Origin: Alphaproteobacteria bacterium
GTDB taxonomy: Bacteria; Pseudomonadota; Alphaproteobacteria; Bin95
Assembly: GCA_965205265.1 (NCBI GenBank)
Contig: CBDBGH010000003.1
Location: 1,984,001 to 2,048,000, forward strand
DNA length: 64,000 bases
Direction of reading: 5' to 3'
The notes under the pieces were generated by a model. That model was not told the origin of the DNA. It worked only from the letters and a program-made list of their open reading frames with translations, and did not search any database. Numbering within the stretch: the first letter of the stretch is position 1; each line of letters starts with the position of its first letter. The translations under genes were made by a program, and so were the position numbers. This document shows positions 62,815-64,000 of the stretch, piece by piece.

Positions 62815-64000
62815 ATGAACGGCGGCGGCCTGACGACCATCCGGAACCTCAGGATCGAAGGACTGGCGGGGGAAGACTGGCTGCCGATCGTGAACGGCAT
62901 CGACCTCGATCTCGACCGCGGCGAAGTGCTCGGCCTCATCGGCGAGTCGGGCGCAGGAAAATCCACGGTCGGCCTGGCCGCCATGGGCTTCACGCGCGAC
63001 GGCTGCCGCATCGCCGGCGGATCCATCGAGTTCGACGGCATCGACCTGGTGGCGGCATCGGAGGAAACCAGGCGCGGCCTGCTCGGCCGGCGCATCGCCT
63101 ATGTCGCGCAGTCGGCGGCGGCAAGCTTCAACCCGGCGCACCGGCTCATCGACCAGCACACCGAGGGGCCGGTGCTGCACGGCGTCTCCTCGCAGCAGGA
63201 GAGCCAGGAAGACGCGATGGCGCTCTATGCCCGCCTCCGGCTGCCGGAGCCGGAAAGCATCGGCTTCCGCTATCCGCACCAGGTCTCCGGCGGGCAGTTG
63301 CAGCGCGCCATGACCGCGATGGCGATGTCATGCCGCCCGGACCTCATCGTCTTCGACGAGCCGACCACGGCGCTCGATGTCACCACGCAGATCGAGGTGC
63401 TGGCCGCGATCCGCGACATCGTCGAGCAGTTCGGCACCGCAGCCATCTACATCACCCACGACCTCGCCGTGGTGGCGCAGATGGCGGACCGGATCAAGGT
63501 GCTGCTGAAGGGCGACGAAGTGGAGGAGAACGACACGCGCTCCATGCTGTCGGACCCACAGGAGGACTACACGAAGTCGCTCTGGGCGGTGAGGAGCTTC
63601 CGGCGTCCGGAACAGCCGCCGGCCGGCGGAGGCGCGCAGCCCGTCATCGCCGTGTCGGGAGTGACGGCCGGCTACGGCGCTGCCGCCGATGTGCTGCACG
63701 AGGTGTCCTTCGACATCCATGCCGGGCGGACGGTTGCGGTGGTGGGCGAGTCGGGCTCCGGCAAATCGACCGTCGCGCGCTGCATCACGGGCCTGTTGCC
63801 GCCACGCAGCGGGGAGGTGCGGTTCAACGGCAACGCCCTGCCCGCCAGCTACCGGGACCGCAGCAAGGACCAGCTCCGGCAGGTCCAGATGATCTACCAG
63901 ATGGCTGACACGGCGCTGAACCCGAAGCTCCGCATCCGGGACATCGTCGGGCGCCCGGTGCAGTTCTACCGGGGGCTCCGGGGCGCCGGATTGCGCCGGC
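62815..64000 (+). CDS. ABC transporter ATP-binding protein with two ATPase domains, truncated at window edge
   Basis: GESGAGKST, YPHQVSGGQLQR, FDEPTTALDVTTQ, second GESGSGKST; AGGAG RBS; absent from the ORF track because there is no stop in the window. Confidence 0.93.
   Translation, partial: MNGGGLTTIRNLRIEGLAGEDWLPIVNGIDLDLDRGEVLGLIGESGAGKSTVGLAAMGFTRDGCRIAGGSIEFDGIDLVAASEETRRGLLGRRIAYVAQSAAASFNPAHRLIDQHTEGPVLHGVSSQQESQEDAMALYARLRLPEPESIGFRYPHQVSGGQLQRAMTAMAMSCRPDLIVFDEPTTALDVTTQIEVLAAIRDIVEQFGTAAIYITHDLAVVAQMADRIKVLLKGDEVEENDTRSMLSDPQEDYTKSLWAVRSFRRPEQPPAGGGAQPVIAVSGVTAGYGAAADVLHEVSFDIHAGRTVAVVGESGSGKSTVARCITGLLPPRSGEVRFNGNALPASYRDRSKDQLRQVQMIYQMADTALNPKLRIRDIVGRPVQFYRGLRGAGLRR

Overview
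This is a GC-rich alphaproteobacterial chromosome window, assigned from phaR/phaB, dciA-mutY-mmcB, hemF-petABC-mtnP-mtnA and alphaproteobacterial-type PhaR, LexA and RegA boxes. It holds about 70 genes or gene remnants. These include a PHA locus interrupted by a NYN-domain gene, a cobalamin cluster (cbiX-cobH-cobL-cobI-cbiG/cobJ-cobM and divergent cbiB), many catabolic enzymes, a TRAP transporter, a peptide-type ABC transporter running off the right edge, and four toxin-antitoxin modules, two of them disrupted. No rRNA, tRNA, CRISPR array or transposase is visible. The strongest unexplained structures are: (1) two inverted copies of a ~345-bp non-coding element with terminal inverted repeats, each inserted into the loop of a CGTC-tagged REP hairpin with its own target duplication, and each carrying an internal REP doublet whose spacer differs between copies; (2) a translationally coupled MtnK/APH-like kinase and enolase paralog with remodelled active-site residues, bracketed by REP doublets, a candidate new pathway; (3) a TA module that appears to have integrated at the 5' end of another TA operon, leaving a 51-bp direct repeat. 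All calls come from reading motifs by eye; no database search was run.
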